DNA of 64,000 nucleotides. Origin: an uncultured Gemmatimonadales bacterium (lineage in GTDB: Bacteria > Gemmatimonadota > Gemmatimonadetes > Gemmatimonadales > GWC2-71-9). The stretch is taken from NCBI GenBank assembly GCA_963795085.1, contig CAWCFX010000004.1, forward strand, positions 224,001 through 288,000, written 5' to 3'. Both the position numbers and the translations under genes were made by a program. Below the pieces are notes generated by a model, which worked only from the letters and a program-made list of their open reading frames with translations, did not search any database and was not told the origin of the DNA. Shown here in pieces: positions 45,051 through 53,584 of this stretch; the stretch's first letter is position 1; each line of letters opens with the position of its first letter.

Positions 45051-46946
45051 ATGGACACTTCAAACCTGCCGGCTCTCCTCTCATTCACGGGGACCCTGGT
45101 TCAGTGCGCGGTCGCCTTCCTCACCGTGCTGTTCTTTCTCCTCCTCAGCCGTTATGCCGCCCGGCGCTCCTACTTTGCGGCCTGGACCTGGGGCTGGACC
45201 TTGCTGCTGCTGGCGATTCTCTCGGTGCTGGTCCGGTACCACGTTTTCCCCAGCCTCGGTGTCGCAAACCTCGAGGACATCCCGACACCGGCGACCCAAT
45301 CCCTCTATTTCATCTACCAGTACGGGAAGCTCATGTTCGGGGCGCTCCTGCTTTACGGGGTACTCCTGTACCGGGGGGATGCTCATGCGCGCGTGGTGCT
45401 GCGGGTCTCCCTGCCCATCCTGGGTCTGGTGGCGCTCGTCACGGTAGCCCTTTCCGGCGACCTCAACGAAGTGGTAGCCTGGCAGGCGGGCATCCTGACA
45501 CCGGTGTTCATCGCCTGCTCGGCCCTGCTGTTGGGCCTGCCTCTCGACCGGCAGACGCTCGGTTCCCGGATCGTGGGCGGCGTCTTTGCCGTTCTCAGCG
45601 CCCTGTGGTTCCTGTACTTCCTGGTGTTCACCCGGCTCGGCATCATGGCCGAGCGCACCCCGAATCCCTACGCACTGTTTACCATCAACAATTCCTTTCT
45701 GGATGCGCTGGTCGCCATGCTGCTGTCCATGGGCATGGTCGTCATGCTGATGGAGGACTCGCAGCGGGAGATGGAACAGTTGCAGTTGGAGCGTCAGGCC
45801 CGGGAAGCCAACGCGCGCCGAATGGAGACCGTCGGTCAGCTGGTGTCCGGGATCGCCCACGAGCTCAACAACCCGCTCGCCACGGTGCTCAGTTTCAGCG
45901 AGATCCTGCTACAGGAGCCGCGGACGGACCAGGACCGGCTGGCGCTGGGCGCCATCCGGGATCAGGGCCGCCGTTGCCGGACCCTGGTGCGGAACCTCCT
46001 GACATTCGTGCGGGAGGGGGCAATTCATCGGGAGCCGGTGGTCCTGCAGGAGGTGGTCGAGCGGGTCCGCAAGGCATTCGAGCCGGAACTGGCGCAGTTC
46101 GGCATCAGTTGCAAGGTGTCCCTCGCGCCCACCCTCCCGCTGGTGGAGGCCGACAGCGAAGGGCTGGAGCAGATGTTTACCAACCTGATGTCGAACTCAG
46201 TGCACGCGATCAAGCGATTCGGTGAAATTCGCGTCGCGGCCTCGGCTGCCGACGGCTGGGTGACGGTGATCGTGGAGGACAACGGCCCCGGCATTCCCGA
46301 GGAGATCCTGCCCCGGATCTTCGAACCGTTCTTCAGTGGCAGCCAGGTAGGCCGGGCCGGCATGGGCCTGAGCGTATCGCAGGGCATCGTGACCCGGCAC
46401 GGCGGTACTATCGTGGCCTCCAACCGCCTGGCGCCCGAGACGGGAGTACGGCTGACGCTCACCCTTCCCGCTCATGCACGCTCACTTTTGACGCCTGTGC
46501 CGGCGCGGCCCGCCCAGGTTCCCACGGCGGCCGCCGCTTCGGCCCGGAGTCGCCGGGTGCTGCTCATTGAGGACGAGAAATCGATCCGGGCGGCGCTTCG
46601 CCGGTTCTTCGAGAAAAAGGGCTGGAAGGTGGACGAGGTCGAAGGGGCGCTGGCCGGACACGACGTGCTGACGACTTCCGATCCTGACCGCTACGACCTG
46701 GTCCTGTCCGACCTGCGGATGCCGGACATGAGCGGCATCACCCTGCACGACCGGCTCCGGGGGGAGCGGCCGGAGCTGCTCGACAGGTTCATCTTCATCA
46801 CCGGCGACGTGGCCTCTCCTGAGGCGGCGGCGTTCGTGGCCAGCACCAGCCGCCCCGTCCTGGAGAAGCCGTTCGAGTTGAGCGCCCTGGCTGACGCGAT
46901 CGCGAAGGTCTTCCCCGAAGAGACGCCCGGGGCCGCGGCGCCCTAG
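45051..46946 (+). CDS. membrane-bound hybrid histidine kinase (~7 TM, HisKA, HATPase, REC)
   Basis: SGIAHELNNPL, EDNGPGI, IFEPFF, SDLRMP, KPF. Confidence 0.9.
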   Translation: MDTSNLPALLSFTGTLVQCAVAFLTVLFFLLLSRYAARRSYFAAWTWGWTLLLLAILSVLVRYHVFPSLGVANLEDIPTPATQSLYFIYQYGKLMFGALLLYGVLLYRGDAHARVVLRVSLPILGLVALVTVALSGDLNEVVAWQAGILTPVFIACSALLLGLPLDRQTLGSRIVGGVFAVLSALWFLYFLVFTRLGIMAERTPNPYALFTINNSFLDALVAMLLSMGMVVMLMEDSQREMEQLQLERQAREANARRMETVGQLVSGIAHELNNPLATVLSFSEILLQEPRTDQDRLALGAIRDQGRRCRTLVRNLLTFVREGAIHREPVVLQEVVERVRKAFEPELAQFGISCKVSLAPTLPLVEADSEGLEQMFTNLMSNSVHAIKRFGEIRVAASAADGWVTVIVEDNGPGIPEEILPRIFEPFFSGSQVGRAGMGLSVSQGIVTRHGGTIVASNRLAPETGVRLTLTLPAHARSLLTPVPARPAQVPTAAAASARSRRVLLIEDEKSIRAALRRFFEKKGWKVDEVEGALAGHDVLTTSDPDRYDLVLSDLRMPDMSGITLHDRLRGERPELLDRFIFITGDVASPEAAAFVASTSRPVLEKPFELSALADAIAKVFPEETPGAAAP

Positions 46947-46961
46947 GCAGACCCGCCGCCT

Positions 46962-47051
46962 TGCCAGTTTGACAATCCCCCCATGCCAATCCGGGAAATG
47001 CGCGGGCCATTCTGACCGACGGACGCCGCCCCCGGGTGGCACATCGCCTGC
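46962..47051 (+). promoter_or_regulatory. sigma54 promoter of hsp20 with candidate upstream activator sites
   Basis: TGGCAC-ATCGC-CTGC at 47037-47051; imperfect palindromes TGCCA-gtt-TGACA (46962-74) and GGCCA-ttc-TGACC (47005-17). Confidence 0.6.
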
Positions 47052-47117
47052 ATTCCCGGGGGCAGCCGCGATGGGCGGCATGTCCACGACCACGTTATGG
47101 AAATACAGGAGGATCGC

Positions 47118-47576
47118 ATGCGTATCACTGCCCTTTCCCGTCGCCCCCTGGATGGTGGCGAAATGGCCCAGCGGATGTTCAACCGGCTGTTTGACCAGTC
47201 GCTCAACGGGTGGCCCTACGGCGAGGATGCCACGCTGAATTCATCGTGGGCCCCGGCCTGCGACATCTTCGAGGACAAGGACGGCATCAAGATCGTCGCC
47301 GAGATCCCGGGGGTGAACCCGGAAGACGTCAAGCTTTCCATGGAAAACAACACTCTGACGATCCGGGGCGAGAAGAAGCAGGTGGCGGAAGAGAAGAGCG
47401 AGCGGGTTCACCGGTATGAGCGGAGCTACGGTATGTTCGAGCGCTCGTTCGCGCTGCCGGGCACCGTGGACCCGGAACGGGTGGAAGCGGACTACCAGCA
47501 TGGCCTCCTGACGGTCACGCTTCCCAAGGTCGAGCGGGCCAAGCCCCGCGAGATCCAGGTCCGGCTCGGTCAATAA
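47118..47576 (+). CDS. Hsp20/alpha-crystallin small heat-shock protein
   Basis: SD CAGGAGGA; AEIPGV, LTIRGEK, ERSYGMFERSFALP, GLLTVTLPK, C-terminal IQV. Confidence 0.95.
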   Translation: MRITALSRRPLDGGEMAQRMFNRLFDQSLNGWPYGEDATLNSSWAPACDIFEDKDGIKIVAEIPGVNPEDVKLSMENNTLTIRGEKKQVAEEKSERVHRYERSYGMFERSFALPGTVDPERVEADYQHGLLTVTLPKVERAKPREIQVRLGQ

Positions 47577-47594
47577 CCGGGTCTGGGGACTGCG

Positions 47595-47629
47595 GGATCC
47601 CCGGAGTCACTTCCGGGGATCCTTTTTTT
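47595..47629 (+). terminator. intrinsic terminator after hsp20
   Basis: GGATCCCCGGA-gtcact-TCCGGGGATCC followed by T7. Confidence 0.9.
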
Positions 47630-47646
47630 GGTGGAGTCATGCCGGC

Positions 47647-49149
47647 TCAGTACCAGCCGATCGGCTTTTCGTCCAGGTTGATGAAGACCTGTTTGGTTTC
47701 CAGGTATTCCTCGACGCCCCAGTGGCCCAGTTCCCGGCCGAATCCACTCGCCTTGTAGCCGCCCCAGGGGGCTTCCACAAAGGTCGGCTGCATGTGGTTG
47801 ACCCAAACGATCCCGGCCTCGAGGGATTTTACCACCCGAAAGGCGCGAAAGATGTCCCGGCTCCAAACCGCCGCCGCCAGCCCGTAGGGCGTGGCATTGG
47901 CGATCTCGATGGCCTCGGCCTCGTCCTTGAATGGAATGACGCTCATCACCGGGCCGAAGATTTCTTCCTGGGCAATCCGGGCCGAGTTGCTTACGTCATA
48001 AAAGACCGTGGGTTCAACGTACCACCCCTTGTCGAACTGGCGGGGCACCCCGCCGCCGGCCGCGACCTTGGCCTCCTTCCGGCCGATGTCCAGGTATTTG
48101 GTGACCCGTCCGTGCTGTTCCTGGCTTACCAGCGGTCCCATCCTGGTGTCCCGGTCGATGCCCGGTCCCACCTTGATCGTCTTCGCCTTGGCGGCGACGG
48201 CATCGACGAACTTCTTGTAGATATCCTTCTGGACCAGGACCCGGCTGCCGGCGGAGCAGACTTCGCCCTGGTTGATAAAGACGCCGAACAGCGCACCATC
48301 GACCGCGCTTTCGAAATCGGCGTCGGCAAAGAAGATATTGGGCGACTTTCCGCCCAGCTCGAGGGAAACCCGCTTGAGCTGGTCGGCGGCATTCCGCATG
48401 ATGGCCTTGCCGACAGCGGCGCTGCCGGTAAAGGCGATTTTTCGAACATCAGGGTGCACCACCAGGGGCGCGCCGGCGCCGGGGCCATCCCCGGTGACGA
48501 TGTTGATCACGCCCGCGGGGACGCCCAGCTCTTCGAAATCCTCGGCAAGCTTGAGAATCGTGAGCGGGGTTTGTTCGGCCGGCTTGAGGACCATGGTACA
48601 ACCGGCGGCCAGCGCCGGCGCCACCTTCCAGGCCGCCATAAGCAAAGGGTAGTTCCAGGGAATGATCTGCCCGGCTACGCCTACCGGTTCCCGCATGGCG
48701 AAGGCGATTGCATCCGCCGGCACAGGAAGAACTTCGCCGTTGATCTTGGTGGCCAGTCCCCCGTAGTACTCGTAACAGGTGGCCGTGTCCTCAATGTCGT
48801 ACTCCGATTCGACGATCGGCTTCCCGCTGTTCAGGGTTTCCAGTTCCGCCAGTTCCGCTTTCCGGGCCCGGATTCGCTCCGCGATCCGGAAGAGAATGCG
48901 GCCCCGCTCCTGGGCGGAAGTGGCCTTCCACCCGCCATAGAAGGCCCGCTTGGCCGCCTGGGCGGCGGCATCGATATCGGCCGGTCCGCCGGCCGGTACC
49001 GTGGCGATGACACCCTCGGTCGCGGGATTGTACACCTCGAGGGTCCGGCCATCCCTGGCGTCGACGAACTTGCCGTCTATGTACATGCGGTAGGGCGTCA
49101 CGCCCGGTGTGCGGGTCTTCGCTTTGCGGGCTGCGGCGGGGGAAGCCAT
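47647..49149 (-). CDS. NAD-dependent aldehyde dehydrogenase (betaine/aminoaldehyde dehydrogenase-like)
   Basis: IIPWNYP, KPAEQTP, FTGS, LELGGKSP, NQGEVCSAGSR, EEIFGPV. Confidence 0.93.
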   Translation of the reverse strand: MASPAAARKAKTRTPGVTPYRMYIDGKFVDARDGRTLEVYNPATEGVIATVPAGGPADIDAAAQAAKRAFYGGWKATSAQERGRILFRIAERIRARKAELAELETLNSGKPIVESEYDIEDTATCYEYYGGLATKINGEVLPVPADAIAFAMREPVGVAGQIIPWNYPLLMAAWKVAPALAAGCTMVLKPAEQTPLTILKLAEDFEELGVPAGVINIVTGDGPGAGAPLVVHPDVRKIAFTGSAAVGKAIMRNAADQLKRVSLELGGKSPNIFFADADFESAVDGALFGVFINQGEVCSAGSRVLVQKDIYKKFVDAVAAKAKTIKVGPGIDRDTRMGPLVSQEQHGRVTKYLDIGRKEAKVAAGGGVPRQFDKGWYVEPTVFYDVSNSARIAQEEIFGPVMSVIPFKDEAEAIEIANATPYGLAAAVWSRDIFRAFRVVKSLEAGIVWVNHMQPTFVEAPWGGYKASGFGRELGHWGVEEYLETKQVFINLDEKPIGWY

Positions 49150-49248
49150 GGCGGCACCTGGGTTGACCGTGAGGGAATTAGCGTCGGGGAATCCAAACTA
49201 TTCCCCCGGCGCCGTCGCTTCAATACGGGTTTAGGGCCGGGCGCGGGT

Positions 49249-50502
49249 TCACGCCGCGGCCACTGGACGGTGGGCCCGGACCGCCCCCCTCTCGCCGGGC
49301 GAGTCGGCCCCGGCCTGGCCGGGGCTGTCGTCCCGGACCTTCCAGGGCATGCCCAGAGGGCCCAGCCTGGCCATGAATGGATCGGGATCCAGCTGTTCCG
49401 GCGAAAAGACCCCTGCACCAGACCAGTCGCCGCCGGTGATCAATTCCGCCGCGATGACCGGAGGGATTCCGGTCTGGTAGGCGGTCGCCTGGACCCCCAG
49501 CTCCCGGAACACCGTCTCATGGTCGCTGACGTTATAGAGATAGTAAGCCTTCTCCACCCCGTGCTTCCGGCCTTTGACCAGGGTCCCGACGCAGGTCTTG
49601 CCTTTCATCCGCCCGGCCAGGTCTCTGGGTTCCGGCAACAGGGAGACCACGACGTCACGCGGTGCCACTTCCACCTCGCCCACCTTGATCCGGTCCGTCC
49701 GGCTCAGGCCGAGCTGACCCAGAACCCGGAGTGTGGAAAGGGTTACCTCGTCCATGCAGAGCTTGAAATCGATCACCCTGGCCTCTGGAAAAAAGCGGGG
49801 CAGGGTCCTGGACTCTTCATGATCCACGTAATAGCAGTTCAGCAACCCCAGCTCAGGGAAGTCGAACGGCTCGAAGCCGCTCAGGGGTTGTTCCAGCCGG
49901 TACTGTCCGTCTTTCCAGGACACCGCCTGGCAGAGGCACTCATCGATGAAGACCCAGGGGCTGAAGGCGGCGATAAAGCCGTCGTGGCCCTGGCAAATGG
50001 AGTTGTCGCCGTCCCGGACCCGGATCTCGGTGACTTCGTCCAGCAGGTGGCGGGCCGCATAGGCCGCGTACACGTTGGTGGTGCCGGGGTCGGCACCCAT
50101 GCCGAGCAGACCGAAAAGGCCTCGACGCCGGAAAGCGCCGTCCAGGGCGAACTGGTCCTCCATCTTGGGCAGGCCGTCGTCGGCAGTCCCGGCACTGGCC
50201 ATGTCGATATAGTGACAGCCCGCTTCGAGGCAGGCTTGCATGACCGGCAGGTTGGTCGCCGGCAGAGCGGCGTTGAGGAGGATGGTGGACCCGGTTTCCC
50301 GGATGGCCCGCATCAGGGCCGGGCGGTCGCCGGCATCGAGTTCGATGCTGGTGACCCGCGGGTCATTCAAGCGGTCGGACAGGCGGGAGGCGCGGCCGGG
50401 CGTCGCATCGGCAATGACGAGTTGCTCCAGCATCGCGCTCTGTTTGAACTTGAGGGCGGACACGGTCCCCACCGCGCCGGCGCCTACCAGCAGGACTTTC
50501 AC
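49249..50502 (-). CDS. saccharopine dehydrogenase family protein (carboxy(nor)spermidine dehydrogenase-like)
   Basis: VGAGAVG, ACLEAGCHYIDMA, GMGADPGTTN, DHEE, QATAYQTGIP; GTG start with SD GAGGAG. Confidence 0.85.
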   Translation of the reverse strand: MKVLLVGAGAVGTVSALKFKQSAMLEQLVIADATPGRASRLSDRLNDPRVTSIELDAGDRPALMRAIRETGSTILLNAALPATNLPVMQACLEAGCHYIDMASAGTADDGLPKMEDQFALDGAFRRRGLFGLLGMGADPGTTNVYAAYAARHLLDEVTEIRVRDGDNSICQGHDGFIAAFSPWVFIDECLCQAVSWKDGQYRLEQPLSGFEPFDFPELGLLNCYYVDHEESRTLPRFFPEARVIDFKLCMDEVTLSTLRVLGQLGLSRTDRIKVGEVEVAPRDVVVSLLPEPRDLAGRMKGKTCVGTLVKGRKHGVEKAYYLYNVSDHETVFRELGVQATAYQTGIPPVIAAELITGGDWSGAGVFSPEQLDPDPFMARLGPLGMPWKVRDDSPGQAGADSPGERGAVRAHRPVAAA

Positions 50503-50524
50503 AAACTCCTCGTTTCATTGTTGG

Positions 50525-50653
50525 CGCGGCACTCGGTCTGGAATTGGGAGCCCGGGCCCGGATACCGGGTCGGCGCTCTGCTTCCTCGCCCCCGCCGCTG
50601 ATGGGGGCTCGCAGCTCAAGGAGATGGTCAGCTGCGAGAGTGGATCCTCCGCG
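50525..50653 (-). ncRNA. candidate cis-regulatory RNA (four-way junction) in the leader of the dehydrogenase operon
   Basis: P1 CGCGG..CACTC/GAGTGCCGCG, P2 TCGCAGCT/AGCTGCGA, P3 GCCCCC/GGGGGC, P4 GAGC..CCCGG/CCGGG..GCTC; P2 loop CTCCTTG is complementary to the SD CGAGGAG. Confidence 0.5.
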
Positions 50654-50958
50654 TATTCGGAAGATGCACCCCCCCGTAACACCCGGGGTGGTATGGGCAG
50701 TCTACTACGGTCCCCCCACCCCCTGTCCAGACCCCCCGTCACGTCGACGGCCCGATAATCGGGCTCTTGACAGGCGGGAGGAGCCGGGCAACGGTTGGCC
50801 GCGTAAGATCTTACGGCACTTCATGTTGGCGATTCGCCAGGTTCATCTGGTGAACCCAGGCTGGAGTCGGCAGGCGGGCTCGATCCGCTTGTTGCCGACC
50901 ACCGAACCGGCGAGGTGGTCGCTTGGGCCGGTTGGAAGCAGATCACCCTTAGCCGTGG

Positions 50959-52524
50959 CTAGCCGTGGCCCTGGTCTTCGGCCAGCCGCAGCAGGCGGTC
51001 ATCCACCTCGGACAGGAGCTGCTCGTAGGCATCCCGGCCCAGCATGCCTTCGTGATAGCTCTCGATGATCTGGTCCTTCTCGACGATGAGCAGGTGCCTC
51101 CTGGCGCGGCGAATCTCGGCCCCCCGTAACTCTGCCTTTTCCATGTGCATGTCCCGCAGGCGCTGCTCTGCCGCCGCGATACGTTCCTGGTACTCCTCCT
51201 GCAGCGGCTCCAGCAATTTCCGGTCGGTGATACCCTTGCCGAGCTGGTCGATCTCCCGGCTTGCGGCCTGGGCCACCATCAACTGGCCGCGGACGAATTC
51301 GTATCTCATCCGGGCTTCTTCCGTCCTCACCAGGCCGAGCCGGCGCAGGACGGGTGCCATGCTCAGGCCCTGGGTCAGAATCGAGAGGATGACCACGCCG
51401 AAGGTGGTGCTGACGAGGAGGCTCCGAAAGGGAAAATCACCGGGGAGGCTGAGCGCCAGGACCATCGACAGGCTCCCCTTCAATCCGCCCCAGGTGAGCA
51501 CCGTCCGCCAGGCGGGTTCCAGCCGTTCGTCAGAACGGGACAGCAGGCCGGCCACCCCGAAGACCACCGCGGCGCGGCTGACCAGGACCGCGACAAAGGC
51601 GGCCAGGATCACCTGCCAGGCTCCCAGCAGGTCGCCCAGCTTCACCTCGAAGCCCACCAGCAGGAAGACCAGCGAGTTGAGGGCAAAGGCTACGTACTCC
51701 CAGAAGGAGACCACCGCCACCCGGGTCGATGGGGACATGCCGGTGCGAGCGCCGTAGTTGCCGCAGAGCATACCGGCGACCACCGTGGCGATCACTCCGG
51801 AGCCATGGATGTTCTCCGCCCCGATGAACGAGCCGTAGGCCGCGATGGTGGTAAGGGTGATTTCGATCATGGGGTCATCCACCTTCTGGGTGACCTTGGT
51901 GACCGTGATGCCCACGAGGAACCCGACCACGGCTCCGATACCGACCACCCGCAGGAACTCGAGCACGACCGCGTTGACGCTGACGGCGGCGCCGGTCGCG
52001 ACGCCCACGGCCAGCGTAAAGAAGACGATCGAGGTGCCGTCGTTGAGGAGACTTTCGCCCTCGACCAGCGTGGCGAGCCGCCGGGGCGCACCAAGCGAAC
52101 GGAACAGGCTGACCACCGAGATGGGGTCGGTGGCGGCGATGAGTGCGCCGAACACCAGCGCGTAGCGCCAGCCGAATCCGCCATCAGGGTCGACCAGGCG
52201 GACGGCGGGGACCAGGATCAGCGCGGTGAGGATGATGGCGGCGAGCACGCCGGGAATGGCCAGGGAGAGGATGGTGACCCGGTTGCGCTTGAAGTCCGTG
52301 AGGTCGAGATGAAAGGCGGCTTCGAAAATGAGCCCGGGCAGAAAGACCGAGAAGAGCAGGGCCTTGGTGAGATGGGGCGGCTCCAGTGCGTGCAGCGCGC
52401 CGAGCGCGAGCCCTCCGAGGACCAGGGCCACGGTGTAGGGGACTCGAAAGCGCCGGGCGGCAATCGCGACCGCGGCGGTGACCACAAAGAGGAGGACGAT
52501 GATCGTATCGAGATGCATGCTCAC
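50959..52524 (-). CDS. CPA1 family Na+/H+ antiporter
   Basis: FLPGLIFEAA, ATDPISV, EGESLLNDGT, WGGLKGSLS. Confidence 0.92.
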   Translation of the reverse strand: MSMHLDTIIVLLFVVTAAVAIAARRFRVPYTVALVLGGLALGALHALEPPHLTKALLFSVFLPGLIFEAAFHLDLTDFKRNRVTILSLAIPGVLAAIILTALILVPAVRLVDPDGGFGWRYALVFGALIAATDPISVVSLFRSLGAPRRLATLVEGESLLNDGTSIVFFTLAVGVATGAAVSVNAVVLEFLRVVGIGAVVGFLVGITVTKVTQKVDDPMIEITLTTIAAYGSFIGAENIHGSGVIATVVAGMLCGNYGARTGMSPSTRVAVVSFWEYVAFALNSLVFLLVGFEVKLGDLLGAWQVILAAFVAVLVSRAAVVFGVAGLLSRSDERLEPAWRTVLTWGGLKGSLSMVLALSLPGDFPFRSLLVSTTFGVVILSILTQGLSMAPVLRRLGLVRTEEARMRYEFVRGQLMVAQAASREIDQLGKGITDRKLLEPLQEEYQERIAAAEQRLRDMHMEKAELRGAEIRRARRHLLIVEKDQIIESYHEGMLGRDAYEQLLSEVDDRLLRLAEDQGHG

Positions 52525-52555
52525 CGAGAAGAAGGAGGAGAAGGGTTGCGCCGGC

Positions 52556-53584
52556 TCAGAAGGCTAGCTGTCCTCCTGCCTGGGCGCGGTGGCGGCTCCA
52601 GCCGGCGTCCTCGGGGTCGATGGCATAGTTGAGACGAAACAGGACGGCACTGATGGGCTGATGACTCATGCCGGCAATGATCAGGTCGGAGTCTGGGGCC
52701 AGCCCGTCGGGTCGCCACCCGTCCCACCGCATCAACAGGCGGGTGCGGGCCGCGATTTCGTATCCCAGGGTCAGGTGCCAGCCGGCAGGATGCACGGTGC
52801 CGCCGGCCTCCGGGTCAAGACTGGCCCGGATAAACTCGGCGGCGACCAGGGTTCTCTGCCCGGTCCAACGAAAATCGGCGCCCACCAGCAAGCGTTCCCC
52901 CGCGAACGAAGACACCAGCGACCCGAGGGTCACGTCCGCATCCCGGCTGTACGCCGCGTTGACGGCGACCTCCAGCCGCTGGGTGGCGCCGGCCACCGGA
53001 CCCACCGGCCAGACTGCGAGCCGCCCAGCGAATAGCAGCCGGTTGTCGTCATTGGCGGCGCCGGTGCCATTGCCGTTGAACAGCCCCCCGTTGTATACCA
53101 CGGCGCCTCCGGCGAAGTCCCCCCGGGCTTGAAGGCCGACCTGCCGGCCCGGCGCCAGGGTGGCCACCACGCGGGACCGTTCGATGAAATCCAGCCGGCC
53201 CGCTCCGGTGAGCAGCTCGCGACTGAATGGCGCCTTGAACTGGCCGCCCTCGAATGTTACCCCGCCGGTCCTGTAGCGCAGCGCGGCATCCAGAATGGGG
53301 CGAGACTGCACGAGGTTGGTCTGGAAGAAGTATCCGAAACCGCGGTCAAGATTCCCGCCCAGGCTGACCCGAAAGTTGGCGACCCGGAACCCGTTGGCGC
53401 CGCCGGTTCGCTCGTCCTGGAATTCGCCGGTGACCTGCAAGAGCGCGCCCAGGCTGATAGCATCGGTTTTGACGGCCGCCGCGAGCCGGTCGATCAGGGG
53501 CTCCTGGGCCGCCGCCGTAGGGCCAAGGCACAGCCCCAGCAACAGCGAGCCGCAGGCCCCGTGCAACGGGCGGCGTTTACCCAT
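52556..53584 (-). CDS. phosphate-selective porin (OprO/OprP-like)
   Basis: FRVANFRVSLGG, GQFKAPFSRE, FIERS, GRQVG, GLFNGNG, C-terminal Phe; start estimated. Confidence 0.78.
   Translation of the reverse strand: MGKRRPLHGACGSLLLGLCLGPTAAAQEPLIDRLAAAVKTDAISLGALLQVTGEFQDERTGGANGFRVANFRVSLGGNLDRGFGYFFQTNLVQSRPILDAALRYRTGGVTFEGGQFKAPFSRELLTGAGRLDFIERSRVVATLAPGRQVGLQARGDFAGGAVVYNGGLFNGNGTGAANDDNRLLFAGRLAVWPVGPVAGATQRLEVAVNAAYSRDADVTLGSLVSSFAGERLLVGADFRWTGQRTLVAAEFIRASLDPEAGGTVHPAGWHLTLGYEIAARTRLLMRWDGWRPDGLAPDSDLIIAGMSHQPISAVLFRLNYAIDPEDAGWSRHRAQAGGQLAF

Noticed and set aside
47722..50601. 959-aa plus-strand ORF (similarly 19097-21709, 53295-56009, 7788-9233 and other long track ORFs)
   Set aside because: Antisense shadows of well-supported genes, expected in high-GC DNA; no recognisable motifs.
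50922..50943. GGAAGCAG resembling the SRP RNA helix 8 motif
   Set aside because: The required CAGG..GNRA hairpin context is missing.
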